From positions 671,118 through 735,117 of the forward strand of contig BOLA01000001.1 of assembly GCA_016861265.1 (NCBI GenBank): DNA of 64,000 bases. The letters are read 5' to 3'. The notes beneath the pieces are model-generated. The model was not told where the DNA came from. It searched no databases and was given only the letters and a program-made list of their open reading frames with translations. Every line of letters begins with the position of its first letter. Within the stretch, counting starts at the first letter, position 1. Shown here one piece after another: positions 31,670-41,512 of the stretch. This stretch comes from Patescibacteria group bacterium. Lineage in GTDB: Bacteria; Patescibacteriota; Dojkabacteria; J137. A program made the translations under genes and the position numbers.

Positions 31670-32095
31670 TTAATCGATAACTTCAGCACCTAAGCTCTTA
31701 GCTACACCTTCAACAATTCTCAATGCAGATGCTGGTTTTTTAGTGTTTAAGTCAGGCATTTTTCTCTCTGCAATTTCTTTTAGGTCTGCTTTTTTAATCT
31801 TTGCTACTTTTGCTTTGTTTGGAGTAGCTGATCCTTTTGCAATCTTAAATTTAGACTTAATCATACCGGCAACCGTTGGTTGTTTGTATGCAATTTTGTA
31901 GGATCTGTCTTTAAATACAGTTACAATAATCGGAATTACATCGTTGCCCATGCTAGCTGTTTTTGCGTTAAATTCAGTGCAGAATGGACCAATTGGGATT
32001 CCATTTTGACCTAATATTGGTCCGATTGGAGGTGCTGGATTTGCCTTTCCTGCCTGGATTTCTAATTTTATTACACTTACTATTTCTTTTGCCAT
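31670..32095 (-). CDS. rplK: 50S ribosomal protein L11
   Basis: AGKANPAPPIGPILGQ, FCTEFNAKT, KMPDLN. Confidence 0.98.
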   Translation of the reverse strand: MAKEIVSVIKLEIQAGKANPAPPIGPILGQNGIPIGPFCTEFNAKTASMGNDVIPIIVTVFKDRSYKIAYKQPTVAGMIKSKFKIAKGSATPNKAKVAKIKKADLKEIAERKMPDLNTKKPASALRIVEGVAKSLGAEVID

Positions 32096-32117
32096 ATTCT
32101 TGAATTAAATAATGTTA

Positions 32118-32702
32118 TTAAATTTTTGATACTTGTAAAAAGTCTAATTGAACAGGAACATCTTGACCGAACATTGAAAGTAGAACGGTAACTTGTCCCT
32201 TTGCTTCGTTTATTTCTCTAACAGTTCCAACTATATCTTTGAATGGTCCTTCTACAACTTTTACTGCTTCACCTAATTGGAATTTATTATCAAATACCGG
32301 TGATTGTTTTACTTTAGTGAAAGCTAAGATTCCTTCGACTTCCTTTGAATTTAGTGGAGTAGGGGTCTTTGATTTTGCAGTTGTTCCTACAAAACCTGTA
32401 ACGCCTTCTGTGTTTCTAACTAAATAGAAAGTTTCTTCATCAGGAGACATTCTTACTAAAATGTATCCAGGGAATATTCGTTCTTCGATTGTTTGCTTCT
32501 TTCCTCTTTTTATTACAATTTTTTCCTGTGTAGGTACAACAACATCAGTTACTTTTTCTTCGTAGTTATTTGCCTTAATTCTTTGCTTAATCAATTCAGC
32601 AGTTTTATTCTCTTTACCTGAAGAGCTGGCAACTATGTACCACCTTAGGTTGTCTGCTGGTTTAATACTTTCTGGTTGTGTTTGTGTGTTATTTTCTTCC
32701 AT
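32118..32702 (-). CDS. nusG: Transcription factor NusG
   Basis: WYIV...SGKE, FPGYILV, VRNTEGVTGFVG, KOW motif VVEGPF. Confidence 0.97.
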   Translation of the reverse strand: MEENNTQTQPESIKPADNLRWYIVASSSGKENKTAELIKQRIKANNYEEKVTDVVVPTQEKIVIKRGKKQTIEERIFPGYILVRMSPDEETFYLVRNTEGVTGFVGTTAKSKTPTPLNSKEVEGILAFTKVKQSPVFDNKFQLGEAVKVVEGPFKDIVGTVREINEAKGQVTVLLSMFGQDVPVQLDFLQVSKI

Positions 32703-32923
32703 TAAACAGGTACAATTAAACTTCTAATTAATAATAATAGTCTGTCGATTAGTAAAATACCAATTGATCCAAATATTAAAAAAAGCATTAAGAATATTGT
32801 GTATCTTAAAACATCCCTGCCTTTTATCCATTTTACATAGTTTAGTTCTGTAAAAGTACTTTTTACAAATTTAACTAAGCTTTTTGGAAGGCCTAATATT
32901 TTATTTAAAACTTTTTTCAACAT
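32702..32923 (-). CDS. secE: Preprotein translocase subunit SecE
   Basis: ELNYVKW motif plus one TM; position between tRNA-Trp and nusG. Confidence 0.85.
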   Translation of the reverse strand: MLKKVLNKILGLPKSLVKFVKSTFTELNYVKWIKGRDVLRYTIFLMLFLIFGSIGILLIDRLLLLIRSLIVPV

Positions 32924-32940
32924 TTTGTATCTTTAATAAA

Positions 32941-33012
32941 CACGAGCGCTCAGGCTCGAACTGAGAGTTCCGGTTTTGGAGACCGGTGGTTTACCAATTA
33001 ACCGACGCTCGC
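32941..33012 (-). tRNA. tRNA-Trp (CCA)
   Basis: Minus strand GCGAGCG...CCGGT-CTCCAAA-ACCGG...TTCGAG...CGCTCGT-G. Confidence 0.93.
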
Positions 33013-33064
33013 AACTATTGGATTACCGGATTTTACTCCAATAACTCTCGCCCCACAACTCTGG

Positions 33065-33247
33065 TTACTTAACCTTCTTAGTTAATTTAAAATCAACGTG
33101 CTTTTTAAGCTTTTTGCTAAACTTTTTAACTGGCTTATCAGCTAGTTTCTCGTATGCTTCCTTGCCTAATCTGATAGTATAGTGTTCTCCTGTTTCGCTA
33201 TTGTAAAATCTATATACATTTTGCTTTTTCTTTTTTGCGCCAGCCAT
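33065..33247 (-). CDS. rpmG: 50S ribosomal protein L33 (divergent, cysteine-free)
   Basis: SETGEHY...KKFSKKLKKHVDFK; canonical position upstream of tRNA-Trp/secE. Confidence 0.75.
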   Translation of the reverse strand: MAGAKKKKQNVYRFYNSETGEHYTIRLGKEAYEKLADKPVKKFSKKLKKHVDFKLTKKVK

Positions 33248-33325
33248 AGATAAGTCCCTAATTAATGTAAATTCTCAATTGTTAGCACCTATAAGCTAAC
33301 AACAAAGCTCGGTAATTATAAACCG

Positions 33326-34192
33326 TCACCCGCTTTTATTCAATATTATATACGAATTTTTGCTATTTTCTGTGTCAATTTCTGTAATTTCCTTTTTCAG
33401 GTTTATTTTTATATCTCCATCAACATTTGTCTGTAAAAAGTCTATTTCTAGTCGTTTCAGATATTCTAAGACCTGAGAGTTAGGGTGTCCATAAGAATTC
33501 TTTCCTACAGATATAATAGCAATAGTAGGGTTAACTTTAGTAAGAAAATCAAAAGTTGAGGAATTCTTGCTTCCGTGATGACTTATTTTAAGTATATCAA
33601 TATTAGAAATATTGAATTTAGATTGTAATAGATTCTCATATTTTGACCCCAGATCGCCTGCCAGAAAGAATTTTGTATTCTTATTCGTAATTAATAATGC
33701 CGTAGAGGTATCGTTGCTGTTTATTGTATTTAAATTGATTTCAAGGGATGGCCAAAGGACGTCAAAAAGAAAGTCTCCGAATACGAAATCATTATTTTCT
33801 CTAAGTTCAAAGATTTCTACTTGTACACTTTTTAATGTGCTTAGTAGTTCACTGGCTTTCTCAGTTTGCGCAAGGAATATCTTCTCTGTTCCGATATTTT
33901 TAACTATGTTATACAGTTCCCCGCTGTGATCTTTGTCGGGATGGGTAATTAATATAAAGGATAAGGGTTTATAGGTATATTTTCTAATCTCTTCGATTAC
34001 TTTGCTGGATTTCCCAGTATCAATAAGACCACAGTTTGAATTGCTTGAGCATATTAAGCTTGCATCTCCTTGTCCAATGTTTAGGAATATAATCTGGTTC
34101 TCCGTTTTTAGTAAGACCCTATTAATTAGGAATGGTGCAATGCCTATAATTAGTCCGAAGAGTACATAGTTAATTGAATTTCTGATATTCAT
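33326..34192 (-). CDS. comEC: ComEC C-terminal MBL-fold nuclease domain as a separate gene
   Basis: IGQGDA, IDTG, THPDKDH, GDL, KISHHGS, ISVGKNSYGHP. Confidence 0.9.
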   Translation of the reverse strand: MNIRNSINYVLFGLIIGIAPFLINRVLLKTENQIIFLNIGQGDASLICSSNSNCGLIDTGKSSKVIEEIRKYTYKPLSFILITHPDKDHSGELYNIVKNIGTEKIFLAQTEKASELLSTLKSVQVEIFELRENNDFVFGDFLFDVLWPSLEINLNTINSNDTSTALLITNKNTKFFLAGDLGSKYENLLQSKFNISNIDILKISHHGSKNSSTFDFLTKVNPTIAIISVGKNSYGHPNSQVLEYLKRLEIDFLQTNVDGDIKINLKKEITEIDTENSKNSYIILNKSG

Positions 34193-35132
34193 AAGATTTC
34201 AATCTGATTTGTGATTTGAAGATTAGAGCTAATATAGCTAAAAATATAATTATTTGTAACTGTGAGTTGTATAAAGATTCCAACTCTTTAAAATATTTAA
34301 AAATAAAATCTACCATTAGTGTGATCATATTTACCAATAGGTCAAAGCTAATCGAAAAGAAGCTAAGAATAAAATGCAAGAAAGTAAATACAAAGATAAG
34401 GGGGTAGAGTATAGAAAATAATAAATTAGCTAAAAAATCTGGTGACTGTGAATTGAAGATAGTTGTTGTGATCAAAAATATAAGTAATATTCGCTTAAGT
34501 TCACTATTAAAAAGGGTACTGAGTGGTTTTTGTCCAAGTAGGTGATAGAAAATTGCAAAGCCTTGACTTAATAAGAAGCTATTCGTAAAAAGAAGTTCAG
34601 GTCTTAGTATAAGTGTCACCAAGACTGTTATGACTACTGTACGATGGAATTTTATGGGTCTACCCACTAGCTTAGAGTAATTATTAATGGAGGAGTTGGT
34701 ATATGCTCTCAAGGCCGGTGCATTGTTAAAGCCAATCAAAAAAAAGTAAAGAGTAAATATAATTAGGCTTAGAAATACTAGAATTCTTTTATTAATAATA
34801 TAGTTAAACTTGTCGAGTAAGGACTGTATTAAAGAAAAATTGGCTCCGGATATACTTATTGCGTGGAGTAAGTTAAATCTTTTAAAGCTGGTATAAATAT
34901 CCTTGGGTAAATTTTGATTAGTAATTCCAATTAGTATAGAAGCTATAAATAGTGATTGGTTGTCTTTAAATGTTTTATCTATAAAACTGTAAAAAGTTAG
35001 ATATAAAATCTGCTGAATGTCTGACAGTATTGATTTTACTTCTTGGGAGTGTATCGTTAATCTGAGTAACACTAATATAACAAGTAGACTTACTAGATTC
35101 TTTAAGTTTAGACGAATAAGAAGATCTCTCAC
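34170..35132 (-). CDS. comEC: ComEC Competence (DNA channel) domain
   Basis: LLHAISISGAN, PALRA, SFLLS and multiple TMs; GTG start. Confidence 0.85.
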   Translation of the reverse strand: MRDLLIRLNLKNLVSLLVILVLLRLTIHSQEVKSILSDIQQILYLTFYSFIDKTFKDNQSLFIASILIGITNQNLPKDIYTSFKRFNLLHAISISGANFSLIQSLLDKFNYIINKRILVFLSLIIFTLYFFLIGFNNAPALRAYTNSSINNYSKLVGRPIKFHRTVVITVLVTLILRPELLFTNSFLLSQGFAIFYHLLGQKPLSTLFNSELKRILLIFLITTTIFNSQSPDFLANLLFSILYPLIFVFTFLHFILSFFSISFDLLVNMITLMVDFIFKYFKELESLYNSQLQIIIFLAILALIFKSQIRLKSYEYQKFN

Positions 35133-35260
35133 TGAATATAAATTAATTTAGGGAGGGTATCTATGAAAACTAACTGATCAGTTTCTTCTTCTAGAATTAG
35201 AAATAGAAGAAATATAGAAAGAATAATTAGGAGTAGAAATGTTAACTTTTGAGACTTCAT
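35129..35260 (-). CDS. Small single-TM peptide (43 aa) coupled to comEC
   Basis: MKSQKLTFLLLIILSIFLLFLILEEETDQLVFIDTLPKLIYIQ; its TGA overlaps the comEC GTG (GTGA). Confidence 0.5.
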   Translation of the reverse strand: MKSQKLTFLLLIILSIFLLFLILEEETDQLVFIDTLPKLIYIQ

Positions 35261-35314
35261 AATATTTGATATTTCTATCAAATATTATGCTAATGATTTT
35301 ACAACCTTCTTACA

Positions 35315-36052
35315 TTAGTTTTCTGTGATCTCTACTGACTGAATAACAATATCGACGGTTGGTAGATAGCTGCTGTTATCTACTACAGAAATATTGTTAA
35401 TTCTATCTAAGGTCTCGAATCCCGATTTTACTTCACCGATTACAGTATAGAAGCCATTCAGATCAGCAAGTCTAGAATCAGTGTTCTCTCCGGTTACAAT
35501 AAAAAATTGTGAGCTATTGGTATTTGCTCCATCATTAGCCATTGCTATACTATATTTGGATAAATTTTTTGAGATTACACTAGTATTTGATTGGTAACCT
35601 TGTCCCACAAGTGCAGCTCTTTTTTCTTCCGTTAGATTCAAGTAATCCCAATTCACTTCATCAGCAGTTAAGTAAGTTGTCTTACCTTTCCCATATGAAG
35701 ATGTGTCTGCAGTAAGTGTATTTCTATCGCCTCCTTGAATTAATAAGTCTTTTACAATTCTATGGAATTTGGTGCCCTTATAATACTCTTTATTAGAAAG
35801 ATACACAAAGTTATTAACATTCTCAGGGGCGCATTTGGCACATAGCTCAATAGTAATGTCTCCCTGATTTGTAGTTATTTTAGCTATGTAAGGTTTGTCT
35901 ACACTAATAGTTAATGCTGGCTTTGCTAGGTTTGCAGGAATATCAATAGGTTTATTTCTCTGTGCCATGAACTGGGTTCCTAGCACAATTAGTATTCCGA
36001 ACATTATTATAATCCCTACAAGATAAATCCCTGTACTTCTATTATTATCCAT
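35315..36052 (-). CDS. Membrane-anchored cyclophilin-type peptidyl-prolyl isomerase
   Basis: APENVNNF, FHRIVKDLLIQGGD, AMANDGANTNSSQFFI; N-terminal TM. Confidence 0.93.
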   Translation of the reverse strand: MDNNRSTGIYLVGIIIMFGILIVLGTQFMAQRNKPIDIPANLAKPALTISVDKPYIAKITTNQGDITIELCAKCAPENVNNFVYLSNKEYYKGTKFHRIVKDLLIQGGDRNTLTADTSSYGKGKTTYLTADEVNWDYLNLTEEKRAALVGQGYQSNTSVISKNLSKYSIAMANDGANTNSSQFFIVTGENTDSRLADLNGFYTVIGEVKSGFETLDRINNISVVDNSSYLPTVDIVIQSVEITEN

Positions 36053-36764
36053 TTGATTTTATTTCTTTGTAATTTTCTCTTAAATAATTATACATAACAA
36101 TAGCAGATGCTACGCTCATGTTTAGTGAGTTTACTTTCCCGAATTGAGGTATTTCTAATAAACCATCGCACTTTTCAATTACAGGTGCCGATAGTCCCTT
36201 ATCTTCGGATCCGATTATAAATAGTGAAGTCAATGGAGTAGTGGTTTCGAATATATTGCTTCCACCCCTTTCAATCCCAAAAACAAAGTATCCGTTGTCC
36301 TTGAAGGTCTTTATTGTATTGAATATAGGGTTTCTGATTATTGGAATATTGAATACTGCGCCTGTAGATATCTTAGCTATGATTGGAGTGATCTTGATAT
36401 CCGATGGAATAATTACGCCTGCAAAGCCAGCACACTCAGCAGTTCTTATAATTGCACCTACATTATGTTCGTAAGTTGCATCTGAAATATATATAAATGC
36501 ATTCTTTGCACTTGGTAGTATATCTCTTAGTGAATTCTCACGAAACGTAACTTTTAAGGCAACACCTTGGGTCTCTTCAGAGTTGGCTAACTTCTTTAAT
36601 TCTTTGCTGCTAAGGGTTCTTATTGCTATATCCTGCTTTTGTGCAAGGGATTTTATAGTCTCAATCTTGGAGTCCAAGTGTATATCTGATTGCAAAAATA
36701 ATTCCTCGCAGTTATGCGAGGAATTTAGTGCTTCAATTATAGTATTTCTACCATAAATAATCAT
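36045..36764 (-). CDS. rlmB: TrmH/SpoU RNA methyltransferase (RlmB-like)
   Basis: IYGRN, NVGAIIRTA, IGSEDKGL, IPQFGKVNSLNMSVA. Confidence 0.88.
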   Translation of the reverse strand: MIIYGRNTIIEALNSSHNCEELFLQSDIHLDSKIETIKSLAQKQDIAIRTLSSKELKKLANSEETQGVALKVTFRENSLRDILPSAKNAFIYISDATYEHNVGAIIRTAECAGFAGVIIPSDIKITPIIAKISTGAVFNIPIIRNPIFNTIKTFKDNGYFVFGIERGGSNIFETTTPLTSLFIIGSEDKGLSAPVIEKCDGLLEIPQFGKVNSLNMSVASAIVMYNYLRENYKEIKSNG

Positions 36765-36782
36765 ATTTATAGGTGTGTTGAA

Positions 36783-37031
36783 TTAATGACTATGATTATG
36801 TTCAACTTCAGCCATCTTTCGTAGTCTCTTATATGCTTTCATTGAGATCTTTACTCTTTTTGTCTGACCGTTTACTTCTAATTTTACTTTTCTTAGGTTT
36901 GGCTTCCATGTTCTCTTAGTGTTAGGCGCCTTAAATCTCCAAGTTCCTCCTCCTCCGGATGAACCTCTTCTGTGTTTATGACTTCCACCAAAAGCTGTTT
37001 TCTTACCTGTTATTTCACAAACTCTTGACAT
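36783..37031 (-). CDS. rpmB: 50S ribosomal protein L28
   Basis: MSRVCEITGK, TKRTWKPNL. Confidence 0.95.
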   Translation of the reverse strand: MSRVCEITGKKTAFGGSHKHRRGSSGGGGTWRFKAPNTKRTWKPNLRKVKLEVNGQTKRVKISMKAYKRLRKMAEVEHNHSH

Positions 37032-37239
37032 TGGATAATTACTAATATATTAATATTTCTTAATCGCTTTGGAATTTTAATCGATTTTAGGCTTTTTTAC
37101 AATCTAAAATGAATAATTTCATATTATTAATCTTTATTTTATATAAGTAATAGAGTATATTCATTTTACTAAAAGTGCGACTAATTTTTATTCGTAGACA
37201 GTAAGAATTGTTTCGGATATAATTACCAAGCCTTTAAGG

Positions 37240-37311
37240 GCCACTCTAGCTCAGTGGTAGAGCAGCTGTTTTGTAAACAGCGGGTCGTGGGTTCGAGTCC
37301 CTCGAGTGGCT
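37240..37311 (+). tRNA. tRNA-Thr (TGT)
   Basis: GCCACTC/GAGTGGC acceptor, anticodon loop TTTGTAA. Confidence 0.95.
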
Positions 37312-37325
37312 GTTATTCTTTAAAA

Positions 37326-37409
37326 CCGGAGATGGCGGAGCGGTCAATCGCACCTGACTGTAAATCAGGCGTCCTAAGGACTTCGGAGGTTCAAATCCTT
37401 CTCTCCGGA
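37326..37409 (+). tRNA. tRNA-Tyr (GTA) with C1-G72 and a variable arm
   Basis: CCGGAGA/TCTCCGG-A acceptor, CCTGA-CTGTAAA-TCAGG, V-arm GTCC-TAA-GGAC. Confidence 0.95.
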
Positions 37410-37428
37410 TTTTTTCAACACTTCATGG

Positions 37429-37501
37429 GCCGTTATAGCTCAGTTGGTAGAGCACACCCATGGTAAGGGTGGGGTCTGCAGTTCAAGTCTGCATAACGGC
37501 T
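37429..37501 (+). tRNA. tRNA-Thr (GGT)
   Basis: GCCGTTA/TAACGGC acceptor, anticodon loop ATGGTAA. Confidence 0.95.
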
Positions 37502-37555
37502 ATCTCTATCATCTGCTATCATATATATAATTGTTAAGTTTTCATTATTATATAA

Positions 37556-38611
37556 ATGACATTTTTTGATAATCTGCTGGCTAAATTTTCAAATGATATT
37601 GCAATAGATTTAGGTACTGCAAATATTAGGGTTCAGGTTAAAGGTAAAAAAGATATCATTAAAGAACCATCGATTATTGCTATAAATACTGCTAACGGAA
37701 AAGTACTCTCAGTAGGTTCTCATGCCAGAAGTATGATCGGTAGAACGCCTTCTAATGTAAAAGCAATTCAGCCATTAAAAAACGGCGTAATTTCTGATTT
37801 TAATGCAACAGAAGCACTAATTAAGCACTTTATTACAAGAATAAACAAAGACTCTGGGATTTTAGCTAAGATAATTAGACCTAGGGTAGTGATTGGTGTG
37901 CCAACTTCTGTAACAGAAGTTGAGATTAATTCCGTAATTGATTCAGCAAGGTCCGCTGGTGCACGGAGAGTTTACATAGTTGAGGAGCCCATGGCTGCTG
38001 CAATTGGTGCAGATCTGAAAATAGATACGGCTAGTGGTAGTATGATTGTTGATATTGGCGGGGGGACTGCAGACATCGCTCTTATTTCTTTGGGAGGGAT
38101 AATTAAAGATAATACAATTAAAGTTGCAGGTGATGAAATGGATAATGCAATAATTGACTACGTCAAAAATAAATATAACCTTTTAATTGGGATAAAACTT
38201 GCCGAGGATATTAAGATAAACTATGCTTCGGCAATTTCAAAAAATCCAGAGACAAAGATTGAATTAAGTGGTCAAGATCTTATAAGTGGTCTACCTAAAT
38301 CTACAAAGATTTCAAGACCCGAAGTAACAGAAGCGTTAATGCCAGTTCTCGAAAAAATTATTAGTGGTATACGCGAAGCATTAGAGTCAGTTCCTCCTGA
38401 AATATTATCTGATTTACTTAAAAGCGGAATTTATTTATCGGGTGGGGGAGCATTGATTGAGGATATAGATAAGTTATTTTCAGCTAAGCTAAAAGTTCCT
38501 TTCAAAATAGCAACCAATCCATCTTTGTGTGTTACCAACGGAATATCAAAGATGATGGAAAGGGTAGACTTACTAGAAAGACATCAGATTAAAGATCTAA
38601 TTCTTAAATAA
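37556..38611 (+). CDS. mreB: Rod shape-determining protein MreB (paralogue 2, intact)
   Basis: IAIDLGTAN, PLKNGVISDF, EEPMAAAIGA, DIGGGTAD, LSGGGALI. Confidence 0.96.
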   Translation: MTFFDNLLAKFSNDIAIDLGTANIRVQVKGKKDIIKEPSIIAINTANGKVLSVGSHARSMIGRTPSNVKAIQPLKNGVISDFNATEALIKHFITRINKDSGILAKIIRPRVVIGVPTSVTEVEINSVIDSARSAGARRVYIVEEPMAAAIGADLKIDTASGSMIVDIGGGTADIALISLGGIIKDNTIKVAGDEMDNAIIDYVKNKYNLLIGIKLAEDIKINYASAISKNPETKIELSGQDLISGLPKSTKISRPEVTEALMPVLEKIISGIREALESVPPEILSDLLKSGIYLSGGGALIEDIDKLFSAKLKVPFKIATNPSLCVTNGISKMMERVDLLERHQIKDLILK

Positions 38612-40443
38612 TGAGTAGAATAGATATTTTCAAAATTGATCTTCAGACAAACCAATACGAAAAAGGAAATAGGTTAACTTTGCCACTGGTTTATATTTGT
38701 CTCATTTTTATAACTTTCTTTGCAATCGGATTAAGAGGGGCAGATTTGCAGATAAACGCTAGTTCAGATTTATATAAGAATTCCTATAATTTATCTTCCA
38801 CTAAAGAATTTATTCCTGCACAACGAGGCTTGTTTCTCGATAGAAATAAGGACTTATTAGTTAATAACTATAATGACTATTCCCTTTATTTGTATAAAAA
38901 GGAATATTCTGTCAAAGATTATGAGATTATAAAAGATAATTTGAAGACTATTTTAGATGATGAAGAGATTAGTTTCTATCTTAGTAGATTAGATAATAGT
39001 GAATACGATATAAAGTTAAAAGAAAATGTTAGCTATGTTGAACTAAATTCTATTATGTCTAGGGATGAATCTAAACTCTATTTCTATTCAGTAAATACCC
39101 AGAAGCGAAAATATTTATATCCTGAAGAGTTTTCTCATGTAATTGGATACACTGGCAAAACTGAGGCTGCAAATATTAAGGACGGATATTCACAATTTGA
39201 CTCAATTGGAAAATATAAGCTTGAATTACAATTTGAGCAGCAACTTAAAGGAGTAAAGGGAGCTACATACAGTATTGATGGCAGTAAGAATACTATTCCC
39301 TCAGAGGCAGGTAACAATATTCAGCTTACCATAGATAAAGACTGGCAAGTTGCGCTTTATAAAATTATTAAACAATACTCAAATCAATACAACTCGGCCG
39401 GAGGTGCCGGAGTTATAGTTGACGATTCTAACGGAGACGTAATTGCTTTAGTAAGTTATCCAGGAATTGACACTAATCTGTTTATATCTGGAATTACTGA
39501 AAGCAAATATTCTGAGTATTCAACAGATAGGAAGCTGCCACTAATTGATAAAGCAATAGCTCTGCAGATCGCTCCTGGCTCAACTTTTAAGCTAATTACT
39601 TCGTATGCTTTATTAGAGAATAATATTGTGGATGAAAACACTACATATTTTTCAAATAGGTGTCTAGAAGAGGAGAATTTCGATTTCTGTGAGTATCAAA
39701 AATACTTCTACGGCCAAATGAATGTTGTAAGGGCACTATACAAATCAAGTAATTTATTTTTCTGCGTTAATTCACTTAAACTTGAAGATCAAGGGAATTT
39801 AGCTAAACTTTTTGAAGCCGAAAGTACATTTGGACTAGGGCAGAAGACTGGAATTGATTTAGCAGGAGAACTACCCGGTAATATAGATACTCCAGAATAT
39901 AAAAAGAGTAATTTTAATCTAGAATGGTACTCAGGTGATACTTGTAATGCAGTCATAGGGCAAGGGTCAAATACTGTTACACCAATTCAAATGGCTCTTG
40001 TCGCCCAAGCAATAGCCAATAAAGGTACTGTATATAAGCCAAATCTAATAGAGAAAATAACAGATTCCTTCGGGAATACTATTGAAATGCCAGAAAAGAA
40101 AGTATTAAGAACTATACCTATGTCCGATGTGACAGTTAGCTTGATTAATGAAGGTATGAGTATGGTAGCAAATTATTGGGACGGAACATTGTATCCCTTC
40201 CTAGGTGGCCTTCCTGGTAATATAAGGGCCAAGACTGGTACAGCTGAGGCTAGTGAGTTCTTAGCAGATGGCTCTATTAATAACACTACACACGGTTGGA
40301 TTGTCGGTTCATTTGATTATGGAGGTAAGACCTACTCTTTTTCAAGTGTTCTAAACTTAGGTGGAGGTGGCTTCTATGTTGGGCAAATAACAAGGGACTT
40401 TATTAATTGTCTATATTCAAACTTCCCAGAGTCATGTAAGTAA
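38611..40443 (+). CDS. mrdA: Class B penicillin-binding protein (PBP2/MrdA-like)
   Basis: N-terminal TM, PAQRG, PGSTFK (SxxK), SSN, KTGT. Confidence 0.88.
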   Translation: MSRIDIFKIDLQTNQYEKGNRLTLPLVYICLIFITFFAIGLRGADLQINASSDLYKNSYNLSSTKEFIPAQRGLFLDRNKDLLVNNYNDYSLYLYKKEYSVKDYEIIKDNLKTILDDEEISFYLSRLDNSEYDIKLKENVSYVELNSIMSRDESKLYFYSVNTQKRKYLYPEEFSHVIGYTGKTEAANIKDGYSQFDSIGKYKLELQFEQQLKGVKGATYSIDGSKNTIPSEAGNNIQLTIDKDWQVALYKIIKQYSNQYNSAGGAGVIVDDSNGDVIALVSYPGIDTNLFISGITESKYSEYSTDRKLPLIDKAIALQIAPGSTFKLITSYALLENNIVDENTTYFSNRCLEEENFDFCEYQKYFYGQMNVVRALYKSSNLFFCVNSLKLEDQGNLAKLFEAESTFGLGQKTGIDLAGELPGNIDTPEYKKSNFNLEWYSGDTCNAVIGQGSNTVTPIQMALVAQAIANKGTVYKPNLIEKITDSFGNTIEMPEKKVLRTIPMSDVTVSLINEGMSMVANYWDGTLYPFLGGLPGNIRAKTGTAEASEFLADGSINNTTHGWIVGSFDYGGKTYSFSSVLNLGGGGFYVGQITRDFINCLYSNFPESCK

Positions 40444-40477
40444 GAGTTTTGTAAAAGTAGTTTCCTAAACTATTTAA

Positions 40478-41506
40478 ATGAACGAATTAAAAAACCTCGC
40501 ATTAAGTCTTTGTCTGCAAAACAAAAATAGCTATAAATATATAGAAGGCTTTGCTGAAAGTATGTTTGAGTCCACGCCCGCATATGACAAACTACGCAAA
40601 TCCTTAGGCAAAGCTTTGAAATTAGCTAACATAGATGTGCCTAGCTTTGAAAAAGATTTACAAAAACGTAACGTAAAGTTTACAACGATATTCGACTTAA
40701 ATTATCCTCCTCTGTTAAAGCAGTGTGAGGATGCTCCGCTGGTTATTTTTTATGTGGGAAATAAAGAATTGCTCTTGCACACTGGATTAGTATCAGTTGT
40801 CGGGACTAGAACAATGACTGCCCAAGGACGAAGTATTATTGAAGAACTGATTCCGAATCTAAAGACTTCTGTAGTAGTAAGTGGAATGGCATTTGGTGTA
40901 GATGCCTATTCTCATAGTATAGCTATAGATAATAATATTAATACAATAGCAGTATTGCCAGACTCTTGTGATAAACCTACTCCTTTTGGGAACATCAATC
41001 TTTATAGGCGAATATTGGACTCGGGAAATCTTATTCTCTCTGACCATCCTCCAGGAAAAAAATCTCATCCGGGGCTTTACCCTAAGAGGAATAGAATAAT
41101 CGCAGGTTTATCTAGGAAAACAATAGTAATTGAGGCGGGATTAAAGAGTGGGGCGTTAATAACTGCCGATATAGCGTTTAGTTATAATAGAGAGGTATTT
41201 GCATTCCCGGGAGGAGCTGGGCAATATACATTTAAAGGCTGCAATTACTTAATAAAAAATAATATAGCCCAGTTAATTGAAAATTCTGATGATTTTCTGG
41301 GAATACTGAGTAATGGGGGCATAGATCAGAAGTTGACAGGAGTGGAAAGAAATATCTATTATGCTATACTCCGTGAACCCAAAACACTTAGTGAATTATC
41401 GGAATTGTTAGGTCTTAGGATTAGTGAGTTAGGTGCAATTTGTACAAAGTTACAAATAAATGGTATTTTAAATACTGATAACCAAAATAAATTTTATGTA
41501 AGTTAG
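40478..41506 (+). CDS. dprA: DNA-processing protein DprA
   Basis: VVGTR, VSGMAFGVDAYSH, RNRIIAGLS, EAGLKSGALITA. Confidence 0.96.
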   Translation: MNELKNLALSLCLQNKNSYKYIEGFAESMFESTPAYDKLRKSLGKALKLANIDVPSFEKDLQKRNVKFTTIFDLNYPPLLKQCEDAPLVIFYVGNKELLLHTGLVSVVGTRTMTAQGRSIIEELIPNLKTSVVVSGMAFGVDAYSHSIAIDNNINTIAVLPDSCDKPTPFGNINLYRRILDSGNLILSDHPPGKKSHPGLYPKRNRIIAGLSRKTIVIEAGLKSGALITADIAFSYNREVFAFPGGAGQYTFKGCNYLIKNNIAQLIENSDDFLGILSNGGIDQKLTGVERNIYYAILREPKTLSELSELLGLRISELGAICTKLQINGILNTDNQNKFYVS

Positions 41507-41512
41507 CTATTT

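Noticed and set aside
37254-37466. 70-aa ORF
   Set aside because: Overlaps three tRNA genes; spurious
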